From positions 1 to 32,130 of the forward strand of contig LVLI01000259.1 of assembly GCA_001687465.1 (NCBI GenBank): a stretch of 32,130 nucleotides of DNA, in the 5' to 3' direction. Position numbers and translations under genes: made by a program. The notes under the pieces are model-generated. The model was not told the origin of the DNA. It searched no databases and worked only from the letters and a program-made list of their open reading frames with translations. Below, piece by piece: positions 20,974-31,580 of this stretch (position 1 is its first letter; the number at the start of each line of letters is the position of its first letter). The stretch comes from Halocafeteria seosinensis (Eukaryota).

Positions 20974-22611
20974 ATGGATTGCGCTAAAGCGCGTCTGCTC
21001 GAGTCGTACCTCCGATGGTACGCCCGCTTGTACAAGCCAACAGATCCTCTTTCGGAGGATGATGGAGTGTCGGAGCGTTTGCTGGAGGAGACGATCGCCT
21101 ACTGGGATGAGGTGTCCTCTCGGTTAAACGCCGAAGTGTTGCCTTGCAGTCACTACTCCTGGGCTCGCTGCAGCTTGGACGTCCCCCTCGAGAGCGTAGG
21201 GGACGCTGAGAACAAGCTAACTATCGCCTACCCGAATTTCAGTGGACAAGTGGTAATTCAAGGCGAAGATCCAGTTGGGGATATTTTGGGTTCGCTCCTT
21301 CCACACCTTGTCAAAATACGATGTTTGAAATTGGTCTTTACCGGGGAGACCTACTTTCGTGCGAGTGCTGGACTGGAGCAGCTATCCAACCTAACTTCAC
21401 TCACTGCAAGTAAACGAGTCCACCTCGAGGATAAGAACTTCGTTCATTTCTCAAACTTGAAGCACTTGGACATCTTCGGATGCAACCAATCAACAATCTC
21501 AGATGAAGCGTTTCATCATTTACGAAACCTGGAGTCCCTCAATATTTCCCACTGCGACCAGCCAACAATTACGGACGAAGCGTTTCGATACCTTGGTCAT
21601 TTGACGAGATTATGCATGGCCATGTGCGATCAAACCACTCTATCTGATTCTCTCTTTGCTTATCTATCGAAAATACGCTGGTTGGACATGAGATGGTGTT
21701 CCGGCTTACGCATTCTTGACACAAATTGTACGCAGTTGTCTGGCTTAATGTTCCTGGAAACACTGGAATGCAATCAGACAACTATGACTGACACGACGTT
21801 CTCGTACCTATCTGAAGTTACTTCGCTGAATATTGATGAGTATGCTCGAGCAAGATTCTCGGAGAATGCCTTCAGACACATGTCCAAACTTAAAATACTC
21901 AAAATTCGTCACATCTCAGAATTAAGTGATGAAACGTTTCGACATCTACCGAACATTTTAGAACTCTATCTGAAGGGCTGTAATAACGCCAGAATTTCAT
22001 CTGATGCATTTAAGTACATCCCACAACTGAAAGCGTTAACAATGAGAGATATTTCTGTTGGAAGTCCCACGATTAAGCACCTAGACAATCTAGAATACCT
22101 GGACGTGCGTGGCTGGAATCAGAGCTCTTTGGGCGATGCAGACATTCAGCCGCTATCCAATTTGATATCTTTGAACATAGGAGGCTGCACTCAACCAACA
22201 ATAACCGATGCAGCTTTTCAGCATTTGCAGTGTCTGAGAGAACTCGACATGGAGGGCTGTCATCAAACCACCATAACTGACGAAGCCTTTAGGAATTTGG
22301 GAAATCTAAGATTTTTGAATATATCGAGGTGCTCCCAAGAGACGATCACCTCACAGGCATTCGAGCACTTATCGCTGTTGACTCTGCTGAGTATGAATAG
22401 CTGTTCTCAATCGACTATCAGCGACGATGCATTCGTACACTTGCGTAGGCTCCGGCAATTGGAGATGGACTTTTGTGACCAATCGGCCATAACACCCGCA
22501 GGGTTTCGGCATCTACGGGAACTCAGACGGCTCTGTGCGTTGGGAATCCACCACCCGGTGTGTAGGGAAGACTTGCCCGACTTGACAAAACTGAGATCCC
22601 TAGAAGTTTAG
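20974..22611 (+). CDS. intronless leucine-rich repeat protein (Cys-containing ~25-aa LRRs)
   Basis: Repeats of LxxLxxLxISxCxQxTITDxAFxH across the C-terminal ~400 aa; no signal peptide or TM helix seen. Confidence 0.9.
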   Translation: MDCAKARLLESYLRWYARLYKPTDPLSEDDGVSERLLEETIAYWDEVSSRLNAEVLPCSHYSWARCSLDVPLESVGDAENKLTIAYPNFSGQVVIQGEDPVGDILGSLLPHLVKIRCLKLVFTGETYFRASAGLEQLSNLTSLTASKRVHLEDKNFVHFSNLKHLDIFGCNQSTISDEAFHHLRNLESLNISHCDQPTITDEAFRYLGHLTRLCMAMCDQTTLSDSLFAYLSKIRWLDMRWCSGLRILDTNCTQLSGLMFLETLECNQTTMTDTTFSYLSEVTSLNIDEYARARFSENAFRHMSKLKILKIRHISELSDETFRHLPNILELYLKGCNNARISSDAFKYIPQLKALTMRDISVGSPTIKHLDNLEYLDVRGWNQSSLGDADIQPLSNLISLNIGGCTQPTITDAAFQHLQCLRELDMEGCHQTTITDEAFRNLGNLRFLNISRCSQETITSQAFEHLSLLTLLSMNSCSQSTISDDAFVHLRRLRQLEMDFCDQSAITPAGFRHLRELRRLCALGIHHPVCREDLPDLTKLRSLEV

Positions 22612-22740
22612 AGGAAGCCAATCCCTTAGTGCACCATGTGTGGCAGGATACAACGCCTTATTGGTGACCTCATAAGATTATATAAGTGGCTGAGTGTGTG
22701 GTAGCATTGCCCCTGTTAGGAGAAATTAAGGTTACCTGCT

Positions 22741-22914
22741 AGCCCGTGAGGCGTGAACTCTTCCCGAAAACGACAAATTAACGCACCAGCTTTTAACTGT
22801 GACATGGCTTGATCTTCCGTGGTATTTTGTGCGTCTTTGTCTTTTCTAGCTGTTCTCATCCTATTTCAGGTGTTCAAACCAAGTTGCACTTGGTGGCACC
22901 ACGTCTCACGGGCT
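22741..22914. mobile_element. MITE-like element (~174 bp) with 15-bp terminal inverted repeats
   Basis: AGCCCGTGAGGCGTG (22741-22755) vs CACGTCTCACGGGCT (22900-22914): 14/15 complementary; no ORF inside; target-site duplication imperfect. Confidence 0.6.
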
Positions 22915-23220
22915 TAGTGCGGAAGACAGGCTGTCGTCGACAGCCGACTCATGATTCGATCGATCTCTAAAGATGTAGCCGTCATCGAATCAACAATATT
23001 CACTTCATATATGGGTACACTATAGAACAGTATTTATCACTCATGTTCACATTGCTACCGCTGGTGCATGTACCGGTATTGTCGAATACAGTATGGTCAC
23101 ACACACAAATGTGACAGATAGCCCACCGGCCGGGAAGTTGACCGCATCCTCTTAACGAGGAGCGGTATGGTTGTACGGTAGGTAGCAGTGACTCACTCTA
23201 CTGGTGAGGTGTATCACTCG

Positions 23221-23397
23221 GAAACCAACTCGTTGTAATATAGTTCGCAGAGAAGCCACAATCCAATGAACTTCATCATTGTACCGGTGGCAATTTCAAA
23301 GGGTACCAGTGGTACTATGGAGAAAGTGGATTCTCCGTTGCCCCAACTCAACGGAACTCTGGTTGCGAGCCCGAGCTTCACAACACAATAATCCCTC
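23221..23397. repeat. diverged direct repeat, copy B (partner 20737-20882)
   Basis: Same six blocks in the same order and orientation as copy A, with longer spacers. Confidence 0.8.
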
Positions 23398-23584
23398 CTT
23401 AACGTCAGATGCACGGCGTACCGCCGCCCATGAGCGATATCATTGCATTGTCCACATCTATTTACTTTCATTTAGCTTGTCACGGTGTGGGAAATCGTCG
23501 GGGTGGTGCAGAAATCTGCCCTGAAACCTGCGTGGCCGTTAACGCAACCTCGGAAGGAGCAGTATTCTCATGCTTTAGGGGAGA

Positions 23585-26500
23585 ATGCAGGCCTCGGAGG
23601 AAAATGAAGCCCAGCAGAAAAAGGCACCCTCGCAGCCTGGTCGTCGTGGATCCAACGTGTTTGCGCTAAATGAGCCACTGGAACACAGTAACCGAACGGG
23701 AGGCGCCATCTGCACGGTACGTTGTGGCTGAAAACTCGATGTTAGCCCCATCTTGCCCTGTATGCACGTTTCCTCTGCTATTTTGCACTCCAGTTTGAAG
23801 GGCTGACGAATACAAAGTACGACAGAATTGCTGAATTGGACCAATCGAGCCTATTGCCGGCAGTGACTGACAACAACCAAAAAGAGGAGCTCTGCTTAGA
23901 GTATATCGAAAATTTTAGGGCCCAATTCCAACAGGTACGTATTTCTTGCAGTAACTGTGAGATTACAAGTTTGACCATATTGTGCACGTCATGCGTTCCA
24001 CTCTGCAGCTGTTCCCGGACCGAAAGCGCCCCTTCTTGACGGCCAAAAATGAGGCTGGGGTAGAGAAACTCGTGTGCACTTCGTTACACCCAACACAGTT
24101 ACCATATAAGGAGCTCTACCACTTGAGACCATGCGCACAATTTATCGCCAACTATCTCCGTTATGAACCGCTGGCAGATCCAACGTCGACTGTCAAATAT
24201 GTCTGCTCCCCGAACCTAATTTTGGGATGGCGAGTCGGGGACTGCTTCGATTTCTCTACAGTGTTGTGCTCACTCTTGTTGGGCAACGGATATGACGCTT
24301 ACTGTGTCTTAGGGACAGCCCCCAAGTGGATTACGCTGAGGGACACTCGTACACATGAATGTTCGTATGAATTACCAGCCCTCGAATTCGAGGATCCGGA
24401 CAAAGACGTACACGATGGCACCCTCTTCGACGGCCGGTATATTGCTGCCTCGGAAGAGCGATCTAGAGGGAAACGAAAAAATAAAGAAAAACAAATAGAT
24501 TTGAGCAATTCCAAGTATGCCCCTCCTCCTCCGCCATCGACGAAAAGCAAATATTTAGAATTGGTTGAGCAACAGAAACAGAAAGAGCAGGACGACAAAC
24601 AGGAAGAGGAAAACTACGAAAGCGATGCCGACGAGAGCGACGAAGATGAACGTGAAACCGTGGAGTACTTAAAAACAGTGTTCGACAGCGCCCACCAGCA
24701 GATGGCATCTTCGTACCGTCGGGGCTCCGTCTCGTCTCAAACTTTTCAACAAAGCGGACTGCCTGCACCATTTGGTACTCCAGACATGTCGTACGAAGAC
24801 CTTGAAAAGGAGGATCCGTTGGCAGGAGAAAGAGTGCATTGCTGGGTGCTAGTACGCGCGGGTCCCAGAGACGTCGCTGAGCATTTGTTTGTGGAGCCTA
24901 GTACGGGCCTAATCTATCCAGTGAAGGATGCTCCTTACTACTCAGTAGAAAGCATTTGGAATCAAAAGAATATTTGGATAAACATGCAACGACAAGTTCT
25001 TGTGCCTAGCGCAAAAGTTCCTGAAGCGTCCGAGGAAACCGATAAAGGAGCTACCGGTGTTCGACCCGAGTCTTCTGAAGATGATGTCGATGTCGACAAC
25101 CTCATCGAAGCTGGCTTATATGACCCTGAGGACCCAGCACCACTAAGGGAAGCTGCAGAGGAGGTGGTTAATCAGCCGCGGCTGAAGCTAACCGAAGATT
25201 ATAAGATTGTTAAAGAAAACACTGACGAGCCTGTAGAAGTATCGCATTCTGGTTCAGTAGCAGCCACGCAAAATGGGGAAAATGAGAAGACAAAAGATAA
25301 TGTGCAAGAGAATGAAGAGCAAGACTCGGAAGAGCGGAACAACTACGAGATTGAAGGGTTCCCAACAGTTGCAGGCCTATCTTACAAGCTCGATAATACT
25401 GACGATTGGGAATTTGTGTTTTTCCCCTACGAGCGAGAGGCTGCATCCGAGCGTAAAGAGGGCGAGGAAGAAGAGAAAGAACAGGAAGGAAACGAGGTGC
25501 TAGATCCTCCAATATCTTGGGCGCAGAAAGTTTCAATTTCTCGCAATGATTACGAGAAGCGATATGGCAATACCGGAAACCGTACAACTCTTTGGAGGAA
25601 ATCGAAGCTTCAGTTGTATGCCCCCTTGACGCATGCAGCCGGGTTGGAAGCCAGGCTCTTAGAATTTACTGATGCCACAAATATCTGCTTGCGCAAATCG
25701 ACGGAGATCTTTACTCATAGAAGGGACAAGTTAAGCAAGCGAGTAAAGCATCCCCTTGATGGTATAATTGAAGAGCATTTTGCGCCCGGTAGGAACGAGG
25801 GTCTCTGCTCAATTATAGATGAACAGGGGACTAGGAGGTTGACCAAATATTATGTGGACGCTCGTCTGGACGGCCTTTACGAGAGAGAAGAACAATACGG
25901 ACACAAGATCATGCTATGGTTCAGGAATCGCCGCGATCGCCTAACTTACCGCAGTGCGACACTCAAGGAGCAAATTGAAACATCCTCGAACGAGGAAGAC
26001 GGGCAGAAGGGAGTCGATATAGCTTTCTCTGTCTCGAATAAGATCCTAGACACTGAAGCTGGAACATATACAATTCGGAAGCTGGCTGAAAAATATGACC
26101 GCAATCCCGAGCTGGAGGCACATCGTAACATCAGAAAAATGTCCTATCATCTGGACGAGCAGACAATCCAAGTCTCTTACCATTATGCGAGTGGTCGTAT
26201 TACAGCGAACACCCGTGTGTATCACAAGAGCAGCAGTCCTCCAGGTCATATGGAAATGCTGACAGAAGATCCGTTTGCGCCCAAGCCCTCTGTAAGTACC
26301 CTCATCGTCGAGCAAAATCACACTCCTGTTCAACCATTTGTTTCATTTTTGCAGCAATTCGAAGTTGAGAAGGACTACCGAGCGGCTGTAGCTGCCGAAG
26401 GTGACTGCTACAATGGCTTACGTAGTGCTCAGAAGGATGCCGGTCAAATTACTTCGCTCCGACAGCAAGAGGAAAATTCAATACAGTTTGATTATAGCCC

Positions 26501-26984
26501 CTTTGAAATTGCAGCGGAGAAAGCCGGAGCTGCTGTTCCTCTAGAGGGCTCTGAGGAGAAAGGACAGGGAGAGGAAGGTGAAGAAATGGATTACTTGGCG
26601 CCTTTCTTACACGGCGTACAAGATTCAAATAATATGACTTATGACGAAGCCAAGTGGGTGAGGCAAGAAATGAGAAATACATTAGCTGAGCGGAAACAAG
26701 AGCGGGCGCGAATCATCCAGGCTAGGCTTGATGAAGAGAATATGGCCTTGCAGCGGAAACAAAGGGAATTTGCACGCAATCGTGATCAAGTCGAGGGTGC
26801 TGACGAAGAGTTTGAGCGTTACTGTGCTGAAGCAATGTTCCGCATTGGTATTCTCGAACAGAGACTGAAACGCCAGGACGAGATCCTTGCTGAGAAGCGC
26901 GTGCAGTTGGAGCAAAAATTCAGGCAGGATCCTCGTTTAGCCATCTTATACGGAGGAGGAGGTCAGAGAGAGGAAGATCAATAG
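23585..26984 (+). CDS. DRC7: dynein regulatory complex subunit 7 (CCDC135/FAP50)
   Basis: Exons 23585-23716, 23794-23934, 24009-26291, 26355-26984; ENFRAQF..FPDRKRPFL..NEAGVEKLVCT..PTQLPY; transglutaminase-like GDCFDFSTVLCSLLLGNGYDAYCVLG, RVHCWVLV, FVEPSTG, ESIWNQKNIWINMQ; C-terminal MFRIGILEQRL. Confidence 0.92.
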
Positions 26985-27355
26985 TAACAATTCCACGTAG
27001 ATGCGTTGGAATTCTTCAGCGCTTCGCTGAGAGTCGCTCCTTCCCCTCTTTGCATGAAGGAAGTGGTCTGATTCACCCTAATTTCCCCATCCACAGAGAC
27101 AAGTTGGGACACACTTTTCTTAGTAAGAAAAATGAACACTCATTTTATCTTTACAGTATGGTCTTCTTGGTGAAGTTGAAGTAGAGCCTCCAGTAGAGGT
27201 CAAGTTTTCGTTGCGGCCCCCGGGGCCCGGGCCGCCCAGGATATACTTGATACCCCATTTCCCGGTTCCCTGAGGGGTTGTTTGTCAGCATCACCACGGG
27301 GAGCGTGTACCCTGTCGTTTGTAGTATCGTGTATTGAAGTGATTGGGGGAAAAGA

Positions 27356-28966
27356 ATGTCTGTATGGACAGATGAAGGCCTGGGCATCATGCTCGATTTA
27401 CGAGCGCAATGGGACGAAGACTTTGATAAAGTGACTGGGCGTGGAAGTGCTCGAAAATGTATTCAATTGAGCAATGGATTCACGGCGCAGAACCAGCTGG
27501 GGTTGTGGAAGCTATTCACGCAGGAAATGAAGCGTCTACATCCTCAGGAAGTGTTTGTAAAAGACGTGGAAACGGGAAGGAAAGTGGATGTAACCCAGTA
27601 AGTTTGAGACTTGCCTTCCTCCTTCCCTTTAGTGGAAGGAAGGGAGGTGAAATGAAGCAAAGCAAGTTATGACGAACACAAGAGATGTATGGAAACTTGT
27701 TTTTGCAGTACCCAATGCTCGAATAAGTTCTACAATATCCATGCGCGACTCTTCAAAGTAAGTGCTGTTGCTTCGTCTGATATTCCGAAGGGATTTATTC
27801 ATGGTCCTGATCCTTGTGTACAGAGCACTGCCGAACAAGTCCTTCTGAAAAAGAAGTCGCTTCCGTTCTATCTCTACTCTCCAAAGATCTTGTTTAGTCT
27901 CCTGGGTCATACTCGAGCCAGTGGATTCCCGGAACCCACCAGTGAACGAATCCCTTACCTGAAGAGCAGATTAGGCGCCAAAGCTATACTAGAGTTCATC
28001 CGAAACAATCTAAATTTGGAGGAGAAGGAGTTCAAAACGGAAACAGGGACAACTCAAATATCCTTGGAAACTGTGGAGAGGATCCTTCTGGACTACTTCA
28101 CACTGCGCCAATACATGATTGAAAATAATGTGTCCGCAAAGGACGATACCATGGATGAGTGGCTTCAGCTCATTAGGGATTCTAATATATCGTTAGATGG
28201 AACCACCTTGCCAACATTCACGGAGCCTGCAAAAAGGCGATCAGAACCTTCGTTTGATCGCTTCGCAGATGACGACAGTGTCGTCACAAGCAACAGCGTG
28301 TCGGATCGAAAACGCAGGGCAGCTTCCTTACAGGTCAATTTCCCAGGCGATGATGCTGCTAGCTTCAGTGATGAGGAAGATTCGGTGGATGGTCGAATGA
28401 ACGATGACGGCGGTTACGGTGGTATCAGGCCGGTGAACGCCAAAGTGAGGCGGATGAACAACCACACGCCTAATAGTTCTCACGGTATCAAACGACAAAC
28501 TCCAGCAAATCATATGTACCTTGTCTTTGACAAATATCCGCTGCTGAATATCGTCGCAAAGGGGGAGAATTTTCCAGCGTATCAAAATGTTGATACTAGT
28601 GATGAAATTCCGACGGCCAAAGTCGATCCATGTGAGCGGTAAGTCCCTATCTTTACGGAGAATGTAGTTGTCAAATTCTTTCATCACTTCCAAAGAGTCC
28701 TTTCCTGCAGGCTCTCAGAAGTTTTACTGTATGTTATCAAGATGGATAATTCCTTCACTAAGCGCCAGCGAGAGCTTCTAATCCTCGCTGAAACGGCTTT
28801 GCATTTTCCCAAGTATAAACCTTTGTTTCGAGCTGCAGCATTCCTTGCGTGCTCCGATGGCAAGTATATGGATATTCCCTCGTTCCTCAGTGTCATCTCT
28901 GAACGGTTTGATCAGTTCAACATCTCGTTTAAGAGCATCGCAGACGACCTGCATCGCGTAAACTGA
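27356..28966 (+). CDS. protein with N-terminal trihelix (Myb/SANT-like) DNA-binding domain
   Basis: Exons 27356-27597, 27709-27757, 27824-28638, 28711-28966; WTDEGLGIMLDLRAQWDEDF..LWKLFTQEM..THTQCSNKFYNIHARLFK matches the trihelix pattern W..E...L..LR / W..I...M / QC..K..NL. Confidence 0.75.
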
Positions 28967-29119
28967 CTAATTAATGTACAATATGAATAATTAGAGCACC
29001 TATAACAACAACGTTTAGGCAACAGTTGGTACAAATCCACTTCTTAGACAGTTTCATTTGAATGTCAGGCCTCCATTAGGGTGAATTGATTAGTTGTCGC
29101 TCGTTGTAGATTGTAGATT

Positions 29120-29521
29120 GTGGACCCGGAGTGGGAAACTCGGAGAAGGAAAAGAAGAGAGCAGGATTCGTCAAGCGATTCCAACGATGACGAGCCAGAG
29201 GAGGAAGATGTGGTGTGGCTCAAGTTCCAAGAAGCGGAGCAGGAGCCCAGCCCTCGAGTGAATCAGATTGTTCCAGTTCCTGCAGTAAACCCAAGAAAGA
29301 ACTTCAAAGAAGCGCAACAAGGACAACAAGAAGGGAAAGCGAAAAAGTTGCAAGAGAATGAGGACTCGTCCAGTCCGACTTCCCCAGCGACTTTTACACA
29401 GTCGGGTGCAAGCTGCAACACTTGGTACACTAAATCATCAAGTGGACTACTGGTACACAGGCTCTTACATTGTAACAAAATGCAACATTATGGTGGAAAT
29501 TGTTGTATTGCAAAACATTGA
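29120..29521 (+). pseudogene. orphan exon-like/coding relic without ATG
   Basis: Open frame with charged low-complexity sequence (RRRKRREQDSSSDSNDDEPEEED) preceded by TGTAG acceptors; no start codon or upstream exon found. Confidence 0.3.
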
Positions 29522-29568
29522 AGTACTTAATTTCTTGATACGCTCAAGCAAAAAGCAGTAACTTAATA

Positions 29569-30413
29569 ATGATGACTTTCGCATCTCGATTCGCACCGCG
29601 TCCGTGCATGGTGCACCGAACGTGGGCGACTTCCAGCACCAGCACATTCGTGGCACCCCTCGCTGCTCGCTTCGCAACGGCCGCTACCGAGCATCCTCAT
29701 GTACGTCTGATCCAGGGGGTTATTTTGTGTCCACGCCATCGCACAGCATCGTATCCCTGCTGCAGGTCTTCTTTGATATTGAAATAGGGGGAAGACCCGC
29801 TGGACGCGTTGAAATGGAACTCTTCACTTCCGTCACGCCTGAGACAAGTGAAGTAGGTAGTTCATTGGGTCGGTGAATAAAGTGACCTCCATTTGTATTG
29901 ATGGTGTGGGATGCAGAATTTCAGAGCACTCTGTACCGGGGAGAAAGGCGTGGGACAATCTGGAAAACAACTCCACTACAAAGGGAGCTCGTTCCACCGT
30001 ATCGTAAGTGTGTATACCCCCTACACCCTTATGTCCAGTGCATTGGGTAGGACACATTTCTCGGTATATGCTCACAGATTCCCGATTTCATGTGCCAAGG
30101 AGGTGACTTCACGAACGGCAATGGAACCGGGGGCGAGAGTATTTACGGACGCTCTTTTCAAGATGAAAACTTTGAGCTGGCGCATACTACAGAAGGGACT
30201 CTTTCAATGGCTAATGCAGGACCAAATACGAACAGCAGTCAATTCTTCATTACCCTCGTGCCATGCCCTTGGTTAGATGGGCGTCACACTGTTTTCGGTA
30301 AAGTTACAAATGGAATGGATGTTGTTCGTGAGATGGAGGCGCAAGGCTCTCAAAGTGGTACGACTAGGCAAGAAGTACGCATAGCGGATTGCGGAGAACT
30401 AGAGTCTCGTTAG
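29569..30413 (+). CDS. cyclophilin peptidyl-prolyl isomerase, mitochondrial (CypD-like)
   Basis: Exons 29569-29700, 29766-29852, 29917-30003, 30078-30413; presequence-like N-terminus; [79 protein letters not shown]. Confidence 0.95.
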
Positions 30414-30419
30414 AGGAGC

Positions 30420-31580
30420 ACGAGCTCAGTTGTGATATTAATTTCGAGGGTGTATCCCGATAGAGAACGCTCAGATTGGCTGCTACGCATGGATGCTGCC
30501 ATTCCCAGGAAGTCATGGAGGATCTCAAAATAGTGTCGCTGCGTTAGCTCCCAGTGGTGATTTGTTTCCAGCGTTGGGCTCGCTCGTTTTGGTAGTAATT
30601 GCCTGAGTGTAGACCACTTTACTATATTACTATAGAAGCTGCGTTGGCCTAGCCAACACTAACACAGTATCGCTTCCAATTCTTTTAATCCACTACTTTT
30701 CCTATTGGTACTTCTAGTTTCGTTGGAAATCCGTATCCAAGATAGTATTGATTACTGTTGGTTCACGACGACGCAAACCTCCTGTTTGAACATCAAGCTA
30801 GCTTTGAGTATGAGGAGTGAATTGGCCATGGCAATCTTACCTTCCTAGAACCTGTTGATTGGTTTCGTGTCTGGTGTTCACCAAACATTTAGTGGATATG
30901 ACGGATGTCCATTCAGCTAAAAGAACAGTTCTGCCGTGCTCTTGGAGTTTTCCCACCGCGATTTAGTGGTCCGGTCCATTCTGCAGCAACAAAGGGAATA
31001 ATGGAAGTTGGGAAGAAATGAATCGATATTGCCAGTTTCATACCGCTCAATCTGAGTCGTTGTCTTCAGATGGGTGTCAACCAATGAAGATGAAAGCACC
31101 CTGAGCACTGCATCACACTCGAATATTGATTGGAGATGTTCGGAAAGCGGTTCGGTATGTACGTCACATATCTTTCCCGAAATAGTTGTGTTGCAAATAC
31201 TGTATCATTTCGTCCCCGTTGGGAAACACCCTCAGGCCATCGCATATATGCTGCTCCGTCTCTGCCGCATCAGTGGTGCAGCGACTACTGCTGATACCCA
31301 ATAGAGCTCTGCCCAGTGCTCTGTCGCATTGGTTCTGGGACTGTAAGCTGATTAGCCCAAATCATCGTGTGACCACGCTTACTTGTAATCCGGGAACTGC
31401 AGATCGTCGCCTCCATTTCGCTGCTGATTTGGCTGATTTCCGTGTCCATCTTCTGGCTGATGGACCGCCTCCTCTTCCTCATCTGTTTCGTCGTTCGAAT
31501 TACCTGGATATTTCGGAGCAACGGGAATCCGTATCAACCTCCTCGTTCTCGACGTGCTCTCCTGCCTGCTCAGCCGCTCC
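30420..31580 (-). pseudogene. decayed coding region, possibly a MULE-type transposase relic
   Basis: Stop-interrupted protein-like frames (NSNDETDEEEEAVHQ; IERYETGNIDSFLPNFHYSLCC; PTLETNHHWELTQR); weak resemblance only. Confidence 0.25.

Noticed and set aside
23142..23165. Hairpin CCGCATCCTC-TTAAC-GAGGAGCGG as a Helitron 3' end
   Set aside because: No CTRR terminus at the expected distance on either strand
27140..27170. AAGACCATACT (minus strand) resembling the U3 snoRNA 5' end
   Set aside because: Box A (GGATCATTTC) does not follow
207..30413. Introner-like repeated introns or a variant genetic code
   Set aside because: Introns share only splice consensus; all conserved genes translate cleanly in the standard code and TAA, TAG and TGA all serve as stops
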